Shown: positions 7,805-16,565, counted from the first letter of the stretch. The stretch: 32,000 nucleotides of DNA from Alphaproteobacteria bacterium (GCA_021774615.1 JAJFIW010000030.1:39148-71147); one strand, 5' to 3'. Numbers and translations are program-made. Notes: a model not told the origin generated them from the letters alone.

Positions 7805-8473
7805 ATGGCAGAAAAACTTCCTATTTTCCCTATGGAAATGGTGCTTTTACCTGGGACGCAAGTTATGCTGAAGCTACTAGAGTCGCAACATAAGAAGCTA
7901 GTTGATGACTGCGTACGTGATGCTATACCTTTTGGTGTTATTTATTGTAGCGATAGCGACCACCCACTTGCGACAATGTCTATGATTGGTTGTTTAGCAA
8001 ACATTATCGAGGTTACACCTTTTGAGGATGGCTCTTATACCGCTCGTGTTGAGGGTGGGGAACGGTTTATTGCTAAATCTGTTAGTTTATCAAAACATAG
8101 CTACTATGATGCCGAGTACGAGCCATTACCAGAAGATATGGATATGTCATTAGATGACAGCTTGTTTGAATCCATAATACATTTACTAGATATTTATTTA
8201 GAGCTACTAGAAGCAATTGACCCTGACTTAGTCGAAGATTTACCCGACGATTTATCTGGATATGATTTAACATTCACTGTTCTTGACCATATGGCAGTAG
8301 GAGATGCTGTTCGGCAAAAAGGGCTTGAGATAAACTCGTTAAAAGAGCGCGCACACTTTTGTTTGCAGCTACTGCGCCAAGAGATAGAACGCCTTAGATT
8401 TCTTCTTTCAGAGTCTGGTGAAGATGACGATGAAGATGAAGATGGCTTCTCGATGCCGCAACGGATGAACTAA
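7805..8473 (+). CDS. LON substrate-binding (Lon N-terminal) domain protein without ATPase or protease
   Basis: LPIFPMEMVLLPGTQVMLKLLESQHKKLVDDC...FGVIYC...GCLANIIEVTPFEDGSYTARVEGGERFIAKSV is typical of stand-alone Lon_N proteins; acidic C-terminus. Confidence 0.85.
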   Translation: MAEKLPIFPMEMVLLPGTQVMLKLLESQHKKLVDDCVRDAIPFGVIYCSDSDHPLATMSMIGCLANIIEVTPFEDGSYTARVEGGERFIAKSVSLSKHSYYDAEYEPLPEDMDMSLDDSLFESIIHLLDIYLELLEAIDPDLVEDLPDDLSGYDLTFTVLDHMAVGDAVRQKGLEINSLKERAHFCLQLLRQEIERLRFLLSESGEDDDEDEDGFSMPQRMN

Positions 8474-8475
8474 TA

Positions 8476-9216
8476 ATGATGGCGATGAAGAAACAATTTT
8501 CTTCCCCCGAGCAAGCGCAAGCTGTTCGGGTTTTGCTTGATGATTTGCAACGGTTTGGTTATACCGACAGCATTGGTACAGATGCTTTTGGTGTTTTAGT
8601 AACCCCAGTGGTTCCTACTGTTAAGCCTATTTCACCTGCTCCAGTAAAGCGAACAGTAGATGAAAGTTTTAAAATTAAAGCACCAACCCATAAGAATAAA
8701 GCAGCTAAAGCTGCATCTGAATTTGATGCAGAACAGTTTATTAGCACTCGTGAGGGCGAACTTGGGTTTACAGTTATTTTAACAACTGACGATGCTGATA
8801 ATTTATTTAAAGAAGATGAATATGCATTATGGCGGCGAATGCTTGCAGCTATTAATTTACCACTAGATAAAGAGCCTTCTTACCTTATAATTAGTGGAGA
8901 GGCTGCACTTGACAAGCCTTTGCCAGATGATGATGAAGAATTATTAAGCAAGGCTGTACAAAAGCATTTAATGCAGCAAAGAGGCCTCCCAGCCTTTGTT
9001 TTAGGGATGAGAGCATTGCAAATATTGTCGGGTGGTTATGCTACTCCGGCAACAGTACGCCGGCAAGAATATAGGTTTGAACAAGAAAAGGGTTGTTTTT
9101 TACCCCTAGCGACCACATATCATGTGCACACGTTACTACGCCAACCACTTTTAAAGCGGCAAGCGTGGTCAGATTTACTACAGTTAGAGTCAATGTTGAC
9201 GAAAGGTGATAGTTAA
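8476..9216 (+). CDS. uracil-DNA-glycosylase-superfamily-like protein, apparently degenerate
   Basis: The C-terminus PLATTYHVHTLLRQPLLKRQAWSDLLQLESML and the segment LWRRMLAAINL resemble alphaproteobacterial family 4/5 UDGs ((T/F)HP..LLR.P..KR.AW.DL; LLDRMLAAIGL). The GEAPG motif is not found. Confidence 0.6.
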   Translation: MMAMKKQFSSPEQAQAVRVLLDDLQRFGYTDSIGTDAFGVLVTPVVPTVKPISPAPVKRTVDESFKIKAPTHKNKAAKAASEFDAEQFISTREGELGFTVILTTDDADNLFKEDEYALWRRMLAAINLPLDKEPSYLIISGEAALDKPLPDDDEELLSKAVQKHLMQQRGLPAFVLGMRALQILSGGYATPATVRRQEYRFEQEKGCFLPLATTYHVHTLLRQPLLKRQAWSDLLQLESMLTKGDS

Positions 9217-9217
9217 A

Positions 9218-11002
9218 ATGTTAGCAAAATTAAGTAGCTTTACATTATGTAGATATATATTAGTGGCTGCTATTGCGCTGTTTGCGCCAATAACCGCTTC
9301 TGCTACAGATAATCGCGAGGTTGCCACTGGCGTTCCTGCAATATTATCTGACAATGATGTTAAAATTTATAAAAAGCTTTTTACATTACAGCGTAGCTTA
9401 AAGCGCGATGATGTTGTTGCTTTAATCCCTAAGCTTGACGATAAAAAAGTTTTAATGGGTCATTTGGTTGCTGAGAGAATTTTGCACCCAAAAACTAAAG
9501 CACCTTATGTAGATATGCAAAATTGGTTACGTAAATACCATGACCATGCCCAAGCGCGTACTATCTATAAAATTGCAAATAGCCGCCGTGTTGCTGGTAA
9601 TAAACACCGCCGTCCTAGTACTGGCTCTACAGCTAGTATTGCACAATACTCAGACCCCGACTATGAGCTTAAACAGTCTAAAAAATCTGGTAAACAAGTA
9701 CGCAAAACCAAAGCTCGTTCACAGAAATTAAGACAGTTAAAAAGCTTCCGTATCAATAAAAAATACGATGCAGCCATTACGCAATTATCTAAGAGAAGCA
9801 CCAAAAAATTATTGGGCGAGGACACCTATAATCAGGTTTCTCTACGCCTTGCGCAACAAATGCTTAACGATGGTAAGTTTGCAAAGGCTTCTCAACTAGC
9901 AGAAGACATCTTTAAACAAAGCAGCCGCCCTCAACCAGATGCTTTATGGATTAGCGCTTTTTCAGCCTATCAAAAGAAAGACCTAGAAAAAGCAGCAAGT
10001 ACATTTAGACAAATGGCATATTTAGTGCCACCACAAAGCACTCAGTACGCTCGTGCATCATTCTGGGCAGCAAAGTCATACGAAGAGCTTGGCCGCAGGT
10101 CTATGGCTAGAGTATTCTACAATATGGCAGTGCAACAGCCATCATCATTTTACGGCATGTTAGCTCAAGAAAGTTTAGGCCGTTCATTATTGTTTAGATG
10201 GGACACCCCAACTATTAACCCAGCACATAAGAAAACTTTGCTTAAAGATGCGGGCATTCGCCGTGTTATTGCTTTAGTGCAAATTGGCGAACACAAACTA
10301 GCCCAACGAGAAATGAAAGCATCATACAGCCGTATTCCTTATGGTCTTGATGAAAGCCTTCTAGCAATGGCAATTGCACTGAAGCTTCCATCGGTTTCAC
10401 TAACTCTTGCAAAAAATCTTAAAGAGCGAGGTCAAATTTATTTGACTGGTCTTTACCCTCGTCCACAGTGGGAGCCTGTAGGTGGTTTTAAGGTCGATAA
10501 AGCTTTGTTATACTCTATAATTCGCCAAGAAAGTGGCTTTGTCCCTAAAATTAAATCCCATGCAGATGCCCGTGGTTTAATGCAAATAATGCCACGGACT
10601 GCAAAGCACATTAGGGATGTCCAAAAACGTGCGCGTATTCCTGCAAATAAATTATACGACCCTAATGTTAACATGATGCTAGGGCAAGATTACTTAATGT
10701 ACCTAGATAATAAATTGTCAGGAAATTTAGTGCAAATGATAGCTGCATATAATGCAGGGCCAGGTAATGTATCTAAATGGCGCAGAAATGGCCTTGTAGG
10801 TAAAGACCCACTCTTATTCATTGAACGTATCCCTTTTGAGGAAACTCGTAAATATGTAATGGCTGTATTGTCGAACCTTTGGGTTTACCGTCACTATTAC
10901 TATGGTGAGGCGCCGACAATGGCACTAGTAACCAAAGGTATGTGGCCAGAACGAGCAAAAGCATATGCTCAGCTTAAAGACAAAACTCGTTCAGGTTTGT
11001 AG
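9218..11002 (+). CDS. soluble lytic murein transglycosylase (Slt family) with signal-like N-terminus
   Basis: Catalytic domain LLYSIIRQESGFVPKIKSHADARGLMQIMPRTA and MLGQDYLMYLDNKLSGNLVQMIAAYNAGPGNVSKW, with an upstream superhelical region. The track start at 9206 is a GTG; the ATG at 9218 is preceded by gaaaggtg. Confidence 0.93.
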   Translation: MLAKLSSFTLCRYILVAAIALFAPITASATDNREVATGVPAILSDNDVKIYKKLFTLQRSLKRDDVVALIPKLDDKKVLMGHLVAERILHPKTKAPYVDMQNWLRKYHDHAQARTIYKIANSRRVAGNKHRRPSTGSTASIAQYSDPDYELKQSKKSGKQVRKTKARSQKLRQLKSFRINKKYDAAITQLSKRSTKKLLGEDTYNQVSLRLAQQMLNDGKFAKASQLAEDIFKQSSRPQPDALWISAFSAYQKKDLEKAASTFRQMAYLVPPQSTQYARASFWAAKSYEELGRRSMARVFYNMAVQQPSSFYGMLAQESLGRSLLFRWDTPTINPAHKKTLLKDAGIRRVIALVQIGEHKLAQREMKASYSRIPYGLDESLLAMAIALKLPSVSLTLAKNLKERGQIYLTGLYPRPQWEPVGGFKVDKALLYSIIRQESGFVPKIKSHADARGLMQIMPRTAKHIRDVQKRARIPANKLYDPNVNMMLGQDYLMYLDNKLSGNLVQMIAAYNAGPGNVSKWRRNGLVGKDPLLFIERIPFEETRKYVMAVLSNLWVYRHYYYGEAPTMALVTKGMWPERAKAYAQLKDKTRSGL

Positions 11003-11004
11003 AG

Positions 11005-11613
11005 GTGGTAGAATCTGTTCTTGATTTCTCCCACGAGAAATCAATAAAAGCACAAGGTTATAGTATAATTGCTGGAATTGATGAAGTAGGTAGAGGGCCT
11101 CTTGCGGGGCCCGTTACTGCATGTGCGGTGGTATTGAAGAATGCAGAACCACTTTTAACAGTGCGTGACTCAAAACAACTCTCGGCCAAAAAGCGAGAGG
11201 CTCTTTACAGTATAATTTTCGATAATGCTTATGTTGGTATTGGCCATGCATCTGTCGCTGAGATTGACCACATAAATATTCTCCAAGCGACTTTCCTTGC
11301 AATGCGTCGCGCAGTTGCAAACCTACCCATGCAGCCCGACTATGTGCTAGTAGATGGCAACAAGCAGCCTTTAGAATGTAAAGGAGAGTGCGTTATTAAA
11401 GGGGATAGTAAAGTATTGTCAATAGCAGCGGCTTCTATTATTGCTAAAGTAACTCGTGACCGCATTATGGCAGAGCTAGCAAACCAATACCCTGGCTTTG
11501 GCTGGGAGAGTAATGCAGGCTATGGGGCTAAAAGACATATGGATGCTCTACAAAATATTGGCGTAACCCCACATCATCGCCGTAGTTTTGCACCTGTTGC
11601 TAAATTACTATAA
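11005..11613 (+). CDS. rnhB: ribonuclease HII
   Basis: GIDEVGRGPLAGPVTACAVVL, DSKQLSAKKRE, LVDGNKQPL, KGDSKVLSIAAASIIAKVTRDRIM, GWESNAGYGAKRHMDAL. Confidence 0.96.
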   Translation: MVESVLDFSHEKSIKAQGYSIIAGIDEVGRGPLAGPVTACAVVLKNAEPLLTVRDSKQLSAKKREALYSIIFDNAYVGIGHASVAEIDHINILQATFLAMRRAVANLPMQPDYVLVDGNKQPLECKGECVIKGDSKVLSIAAASIIAKVTRDRIMAELANQYPGFGWESNAGYGAKRHMDALQNIGVTPHHRRSFAPVAKLL

Positions 11614-11741
11614 GATAATAGCTGTATTCTTTAGATGCTTGTTGAGATCATAATAAATATATATAATATATTTGAGACTATGCAGGTCTTAAATTAAGTT
11701 ACTATAACAAGTAGCTATAATAACCAATAGGCTAGGTTTTA

Positions 11742-12185
11742 ATGCGGACACTAGGTCGTACATTACATAAAATTATAAAACCACTGGCGTTTCGCCAAGG
11801 TTTTACTGACGCCCGTGTGCTAAGCCATTGGCGTAATATTGTGGGTGCACAACTAGCGCAACAAGCACAACCTCGGCAACTAAAAAATGGTGTGTTGAGT
11901 GTAGCTGTTAGTAGTGGTGCAATTGGTATGCAAATCCAACACCAGTCTGTCCAGCTTATCGAGCGAATTAACAGCCACTTTGGTTTTGCCGCAGTTAAGA
12001 CAATTCGCCCTATTCAAACATATTTTGAGATTGAAGCCGCAGAGCCAGCAAAAGCTATTGTCCCCGATAATGGCGCAAAAGTACGGGCTGCAGCACAAGT
12101 TGAAGGTGTCAAAGATGATAATCTGCGCGATGCTCTAGAACGCCTTGGCGCACAAATAGAAACACGACACAGCAAACCTGTGTAA
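11742..12185 (+). CDS. DUF721 / DciA-like protein
   Basis: LHKIIKPLAFRQGFTDARVLSHWRNIVGAQLAQQAQPRQLKNGVLSVAVSSGAIGMQIQHQSVQLIERINSHFG is a DUF721-like pattern. Confidence 0.75.
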   Translation: MRTLGRTLHKIIKPLAFRQGFTDARVLSHWRNIVGAQLAQQAQPRQLKNGVLSVAVSSGAIGMQIQHQSVQLIERINSHFGFAAVKTIRPIQTYFEIEAAEPAKAIVPDNGAKVRAAAQVEGVKDDNLRDALERLGAQIETRHSKPV

Positions 12186-12212
12186 TAAGCAATCCCTGAG
12201 GAGAGAATAAGT

Positions 12213-12860
12213 ATGACTTCAACAGTATTTAAATTTAGTAGTATATTTTTAGTTGCTATTGCACTTGTGGCAGGCTGGGGCCTAGTAGCACATACTGCTG
12301 ACGAAACTAACCCACTAACAATAACAGCTGACGATGTTGTTATTGGCGATGAAAATGCCTCAATTACGATGATTGAGTATGCATCTATGACATGTGGGCA
12401 TTGTGCTAATTTCCATAAAGAAACATTCCCTGAGATAAAGAAAAACTATATCGATACTGGTAAAATACGTTTTGTTCTAAGAGATATGCCTTGGGACCCA
12501 TTAGCGATGGCGGTATCTAAAATTGCACGTTGTGCACCACCAGAACAATTTTATGCTTTTTCATCAGCATTTTTTGATACCCAAAAAGTTTGGTCAAAGT
12601 CATCTGACCCTATCACCGAACTAAAAAAAGTAGCTCGTCTTGGCGGTATGGATGGTACAACCGTTGAAAGCTGCCTTAATAATACAGACCTACACACAAA
12701 GGTTATGGAAAGTCGCCGTATTGGTATGGAGGTTTTAAAAGTAAACTCTACACCTAGTTTTTATATTGGTTCTGAAGTAGTTGTTCAAGGCGGTTTGCCT
12801 TATGCTGAAATCTCAAAACAAATAGACAAGGCGCTAGCAATTGCAGCAAAACAAAACTAA
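12213..12860 (+). CDS. DsbA-family thiol:disulfide interchange protein, exported
   Basis: Signal-like N-terminus; EYASMTCGHCANFHKETFPEIKKNYIDTGKIRFVLRDMPW; cis-Pro region STPSFYIGSEVVVQGG. Confidence 0.92.
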   Translation: MTSTVFKFSSIFLVAIALVAGWGLVAHTADETNPLTITADDVVIGDENASITMIEYASMTCGHCANFHKETFPEIKKNYIDTGKIRFVLRDMPWDPLAMAVSKIARCAPPEQFYAFSSAFFDTQKVWSKSSDPITELKKVARLGGMDGTTVESCLNNTDLHTKVMESRRIGMEVLKVNSTPSFYIGSEVVVQGGLPYAEISKQIDKALAIAAKQN

Positions 12861-13089
12861 CCCCAAAACTAAGGGAGATAAGCCTAAAGCCGATGGCTTA
12901 GGGTCAGGTTATGCGGTTGGCCTTAATTTAATGTCGAGCGTGGTGGTAGGGGCTGCACTAGGCTATGGGCTAGACAGTTTATTTGGCACTAAACCATGGT
13001 TGTTATTGCTATTCCTTATTCTAGGTGTTGCTGCTGGCTTTAGAAGCATTTGGCAATACATGGTAGAGATGGATAAGAAAAAAGACTAG
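12841..13089 (+). CDS. atpI: ATP synthase protein I (AtpI/AtpQ-like)
   Basis: SGYAVGLNLMSSVVVGAALGYGLDSLFGTKPWLLLLFLILGVAAGFRSIWQYM. TTG start overlaps the dsbA-like gene by 20 nt. Confidence 0.9.
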   Translation: MQQNKTNPKTKGDKPKADGLGSGYAVGLNLMSSVVVGAALGYGLDSLFGTKPWLLLLFLILGVAAGFRSIWQYMVEMDKKKD

Positions 13090-13103
13090 GTATAATTAAA
13101 AAC

Positions 13104-13137
13104 AAAAATACCTCCTTAATAGGAGGTATTTTTGTTT
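13104..13137 (+). terminator. intrinsic terminator after atpI
   Basis: aaaAATACCTCCttaataGGAGGTATTtttgttt. Confidence 0.9.
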
Positions 13138-13147
13138 GTTCGATTGC

Positions 13148-13324
13148 TTAAAGCCCATTTATCCATTCTGCTAGTATGCACCCTAGTATTACTATAATAC
13201 CAATTGGAAATAGCACCGAGTTATTCTCTGCATAGCCTTTTGTTATTATCTCCCACATTGGCGACACTGATATTACCAATACGATTAATAAGGTAAACCC
13301 AATAATTTTTGATATTCTTGACAT
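13148..13324 (-). CDS. 58 aa putative membrane microprotein (below the ORF-track cutoff)
   Basis: Manual translation: MSRISKIIGFTLLIVLVISVSPMWEIITKGYAENNSVLFPIGIIVILGCILAEWINGL*. Two hydrophobic segments; upstream cAGGAAcatatcATG. Confidence 0.5.
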   Translation of the reverse strand: MSRISKIIGFTLLIVLVISVSPMWEIITKGYAENNSVLFPIGIIVILGCILAEWINGL

Positions 13325-13438
13325 GATATGTTCCTGAAAGGGAAAGAAAAATAAGAAATATTACAGCAGGCATTATGAGGAGGTATATACCAACATTCAA
13401 GTAGTTTTGATATTAAAAGCTAAAGTTCTACCCGTAAA

Positions 13439-13477
13439 CAAAAAACACCCCCAGATTAATGGGGGCGTTTTTTGTTT
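13439..13477. terminator. intrinsic terminator downstream of the 13488..14321 gene
   Basis: aaaaAACACCCCCAgattaaTGGGGGCGTTttttgttttt; T tract on the plus strand and A tract (T tract for minus-strand reading) on the other side. Confidence 0.85.
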
Positions 13478-13487
13478 TTAGCAACGG

Positions 13488-14321
13488 TTAAGCTTCTAGA
13501 ATCGTAATGGTAGGTTTACGGTTATAATTTTTCTCGGCAATAAGATCTTTTGCTTTTAGCTCAATATAGCGAAGGAAATTATGTGTATCGTCATTAGGGT
13601 TTCTTTTGCCTTCTGAATCAAAAACAAATATGTCATGCACAGATTGGCGAAGTGCTTCTTCTAATAATGACCCATAATCCACGCTGGCTGCTAACTTATG
13701 CAGATCGACTATTATGGTCTGATCTGTCCAGTAGTACCTAGTGTTGAATGCTAAGTTAATATCATCAAAGCTGCTTTCGACCCTAGCTTTATGGACACCA
13801 CCATAGCCATCTTTGTATATCAGGAGTACTTTGCCATCCTCATCAGTTTTTTCTGTGCGTATTGAATGGCTAGTTTCGCCTACAGTACCACTAAAGAAGA
13901 AAACATGCTTATTTGTTATAAACGACCTTAACCAAGATGGAACACAGAGTGTGTCTCCAAATAGTATAGAAAAATTCTCTTTTTCTTTGTCGTATATTGC
14001 CACCCTTTCGCCAGCTTTAAGCTTGGTTAGCGGTAGCCAAATAAATATGGATATTACAACACCTAATAACGTAGATGTTATTGCAATTACTGAATTTTCT
14101 AGGTTTATAGTTGCCACTTTTGTTGCAAAATCTATCACAGATAGCATATATAATAGATGCACAATAAATAAGCCTATCAAAAGAAGTAATAAGCATCCTG
14201 TGGCTCCAAAGAACACATAGTTAATCATGTTCTCACGTGTAGCATAGCCCTTATTTACAAGGGGTATAAACGGCAACAGGGAAAGAATAAGCGTAATTAC
14301 TGCAAATATATAAATAGTCAT
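13488..14321 (-). CDS. orphan membrane protein with about 3 N-terminal TM segments and a soluble C-terminal domain
   Basis: 277 aa ORF; AAAGG upstream of the ATG; hydrophobic segments near aa 4-22, 36-60 and 78-98. Confidence 0.7.
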   Translation of the reverse strand: MTIYIFAVITLILSLLPFIPLVNKGYATRENMINYVFFGATGCLLLLLIGLFIVHLLYMLSVIDFATKVATINLENSVIAITSTLLGVVISIFIWLPLTKLKAGERVAIYDKEKENFSILFGDTLCVPSWLRSFITNKHVFFFSGTVGETSHSIRTEKTDEDGKVLLIYKDGYGGVHKARVESSFDDINLAFNTRYYWTDQTIIVDLHKLAASVDYGSLLEEALRQSVHDIFVFDSEGKRNPNDDTHNFLRYIELKAKDLIAEKNYNRKPTITILEA

Positions 14322-14471
14322 AGTCGTGACCTTTAATAAAAAGAGAAAAGGAAAATAAGGAATATTACAGTAAGTGTTATGGATATTGTGCTGCTTTTTG
14401 TCAAGTAGCCATATATATAAATAGTAAATCGCTATAAGTTACTAAAAATAGCAGTAAATTTTCATATATTC

Positions 14472-14500
14472 TTGACCTAGCAGCACAATTCGGGTTTATT
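14472..14500 (+). promoter_or_regulatory. putative promoter for atpBEF
   Basis: TTGACC-17 nt-TTTATT (or TATTAT with 19 nt), about 45 nt upstream of atpB. Confidence 0.4.
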
Positions 14501-14543
14501 ATCCATATACTTTATGAAGGCAAAAAAATAAAGGGTAAAATAA

Positions 14544-15293
14544 GTGGCAATTGATCCGCTTCATCAGTTTGAAATCAAGCAATTTGGTAGCTTTAATTTA
14601 GCAGGCGTCGAAATTGCTATTACTAACCAAGCTTTTTGGATTGTAGGCTCGACTCTATTTTTGTGCATTCTGCTTATTTTGGCGACACGCCAACGGGCAA
14701 TGGTACCAAATAAAATGCAAAATGTTCTGGAGATGACCTTTAGCTTTGTCGAGGACATGATAACCAGCACCAGCGGTAAAGCAGGCTTACGCTTTTTCCC
14801 ATTCGTATTTACACTTTTCACATTTATGGCTATTTCTAATTTAGCGGGGATGATACCAGGTTCATATGCCTCAACCTCGCAAATCACGGTAACTGGCGCA
14901 TTCGCATTGTTAGTATTTGCAATGGTTTGGGTTGTTGGTTTGCTTACACACGGTCTTAAATTCTTAACTTTATTTGTACCAGCTGGCGTACCCAAGCCAT
15001 TGCTAGTATTGCTTATTCCATTAGAGATTATATCTTTCTTTGCCCGTCCATTAACTTTGGCGGTGCGGTTGATGGCTAATATGTTAGCAGGGCATATTTT
15101 ACTTAAAGTTTTTGCAGGCTTCGCGATTATGATTATTGGTGCTTTGGGCACTGTAGGTCTGGTTGGTGCAGCTATTCCAGCGGTGTTCTTGGTGGCACTG
15201 TCGGGGTTAGAATTGTTCGTAGCGCTTATACAAGCATATATATTTTCGCTACTAACGTGTGTGTATTTTAATGATGCGTTGAATTTACATTAA
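14544..15293 (+). CDS. atpB: F0F1 ATP synthase subunit a
   Basis: IDPLHQFEIKQF, SNLAGMIPGSYASTSQI, LLVLLIPLEIISFFARPLTLAVRLMANMLAGHILLKVF, GLELFVALIQAYIFSLLTCVYFNDALNLH. Confidence 0.98.
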   Translation: MAIDPLHQFEIKQFGSFNLAGVEIAITNQAFWIVGSTLFLCILLILATRQRAMVPNKMQNVLEMTFSFVEDMITSTSGKAGLRFFPFVFTLFTFMAISNLAGMIPGSYASTSQITVTGAFALLVFAMVWVVGLLTHGLKFLTLFVPAGVPKPLLVLLIPLEIISFFARPLTLAVRLMANMLAGHILLKVFAGFAIMIIGALGTVGLVGAAIPAVFLVALSGLELFVALIQAYIFSLLTCVYFNDALNLH

Positions 15294-15368
15294 ATAAAAG
15301 TTATAAAGTGCTTATTAGGTACAAATTATTAATATAATAAACAAAACTAAAATGAAGGAATATCTTTT

Positions 15369-15605
15369 ATGGAAAACATGGATCTAAACATGCTTAAAGC
15401 AATTGGTGGCGGATTAGCTGCAATCGGTATGATTGGCTCAGGAATTGGTCTTGGTACTATTTTTGGTAAATATTTTGAAGCTGTTGCTCGTCAACCTGAA
15501 ATGGAATCATCTCTTCGTGGAATGTTGTTCCTAGGTATGGCTTTGGTTGAAGCGATTGCATTGTTTGCTTTCGTTATCGCTATTTTGATTCTGTTTGTTA
15601 TCTAA
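15369..15605 (+). CDS. atpE: F0F1 ATP synthase subunit c
   Basis: 78 aa; GSGIGLGTIFGKYFEAVARQPEMESSLRGMLFLGMALVEAIALFAFVIAILILF. Confidence 0.98.
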   Translation: MENMDLNMLKAIGGGLAAIGMIGSGIGLGTIFGKYFEAVARQPEMESSLRGMLFLGMALVEAIALFAFVIAILILFVI

Positions 15606-15630
15606 TAGCTAATTAATGAGGTAGTTAAAC

Positions 15631-16161
15631 ATGGCGACACCAACACTAGAAAATGTAAGTAGTGCACAAGAGCAATTATTTAATCTATCGATGGTTGAAT
15701 CAACATTGTTTTGGACAGGGCTTTCTTTCTTTGTTCTGTTAATGGTTGTGTGGCGCTATGTAACGCCTGTTCTTGGTGATGTTCTTGACCAACGTAAATC
15801 ACGTATTCAGGAAGATCTTGATAAAGCAGAACAAATGCGTACAGATGCTGAGAAGTCTCTAGCTGAATATAAAGAACAACTAAAGCTTGCTCGTAACGAA
15901 GCCCAAGAGATTGTTGCGCACGCAAAAAGTGAAGCTAGCAAAATAATTACTGCTAAAACTGCTGAGTTAGAGCGCGATATAGCCCGTCGCTCTGAAGAAG
16001 CGCAAATAAGCATTGAACAAGCCAAGGCAAAAGCAATGCGCGATGTGCGCCTCGAAATGGTTGATTTGGCAGTTGTAGCTGCTGAAAAAATTATGTCAGC
16101 AGAAGTTGATAAGAATAAAGCGTCTGAAATTACAGATGCTATGCTTAACGAAATTCATTAA
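15631..16161 (+). CDS. atpF: F0F1 ATP synthase subunit b
   Basis: Single N-terminal TM (STLFWTGLSFFVLLMVVWRYVTPVL) plus a long charged coiled coil; directly follows atpE. Confidence 0.94.
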   Translation: MATPTLENVSSAQEQLFNLSMVESTLFWTGLSFFVLLMVVWRYVTPVLGDVLDQRKSRIQEDLDKAEQMRTDAEKSLAEYKEQLKLARNEAQEIVAHAKSEASKIITAKTAELERDIARRSEEAQISIEQAKAKAMRDVRLEMVDLAVVAAEKIMSAEVDKNKASEITDAMLNEIH

Positions 16162-16302
16162 TACAATAATTTATTAGTTATTTTTAATAAAAATATTGCA
16201 TTTTTAAGTTTGTAAGGATATTGTGCGTTCACTCATGGTTAGATTAACTGTGTTTGAACAGATTTGAAGATAGATATTTATTAATAGAGAAGGCTGCCAA
16301 AG

Positions 16303-16515
16303 ATGAAACAAGGCATTCACCCAGAATACCACGAAATTAAAATCGTTATGACTGATGGTACCGAGTACACAACACGTAGTACATGGGGCAAACCCGGTGA
16401 AACTATGAAGTTGATGATTGATAGTAAATCTCACCCTGCTTATACAGGCAAGCGTCGTAACCTTGATATGCTTGGTCGTATTGACAAATTCAACAAGAAA
16501 TATGGTCGTTCTTAA
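16303..16515 (+). CDS. rpmE: 50S ribosomal protein L31
   Basis: [52 protein letters not shown]...[11 protein letters not shown]. Confidence 0.96.
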   Translation: MKQGIHPEYHEIKIVMTDGTEYTTRSTWGKPGETMKLMIDSKSHPAYTGKRRNLDMLGRIDKFNKKYGRS

Positions 16516-16534
16516 TATTTACTTGTATCAATAT

Positions 16535-16565
16535 AAAAAAACCAGCCTTTTGGCTGGTTTTTTTA
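16535..16565. terminator. intrinsic terminator shared by rpmE and convergent cheW
   Basis: aaaaaAACCAGCCttttGGCTGGTTttttttat. Confidence 0.93.

Noticed and set aside
7805-8473. Lon_N-domain protein as a truncated Lon protease or pseudogene
   Set aside because: Stand-alone LON substrate-binding domain proteins of about 200 aa are common in Proteobacteria, so this is not a decayed lon.
14564-15151. 195 aa minus-strand ORF opposite atpB
   Set aside because: Shadow of the atpB sequence; atpB is certain, and this ORF has unnatural Asn/Lys/Pro composition.
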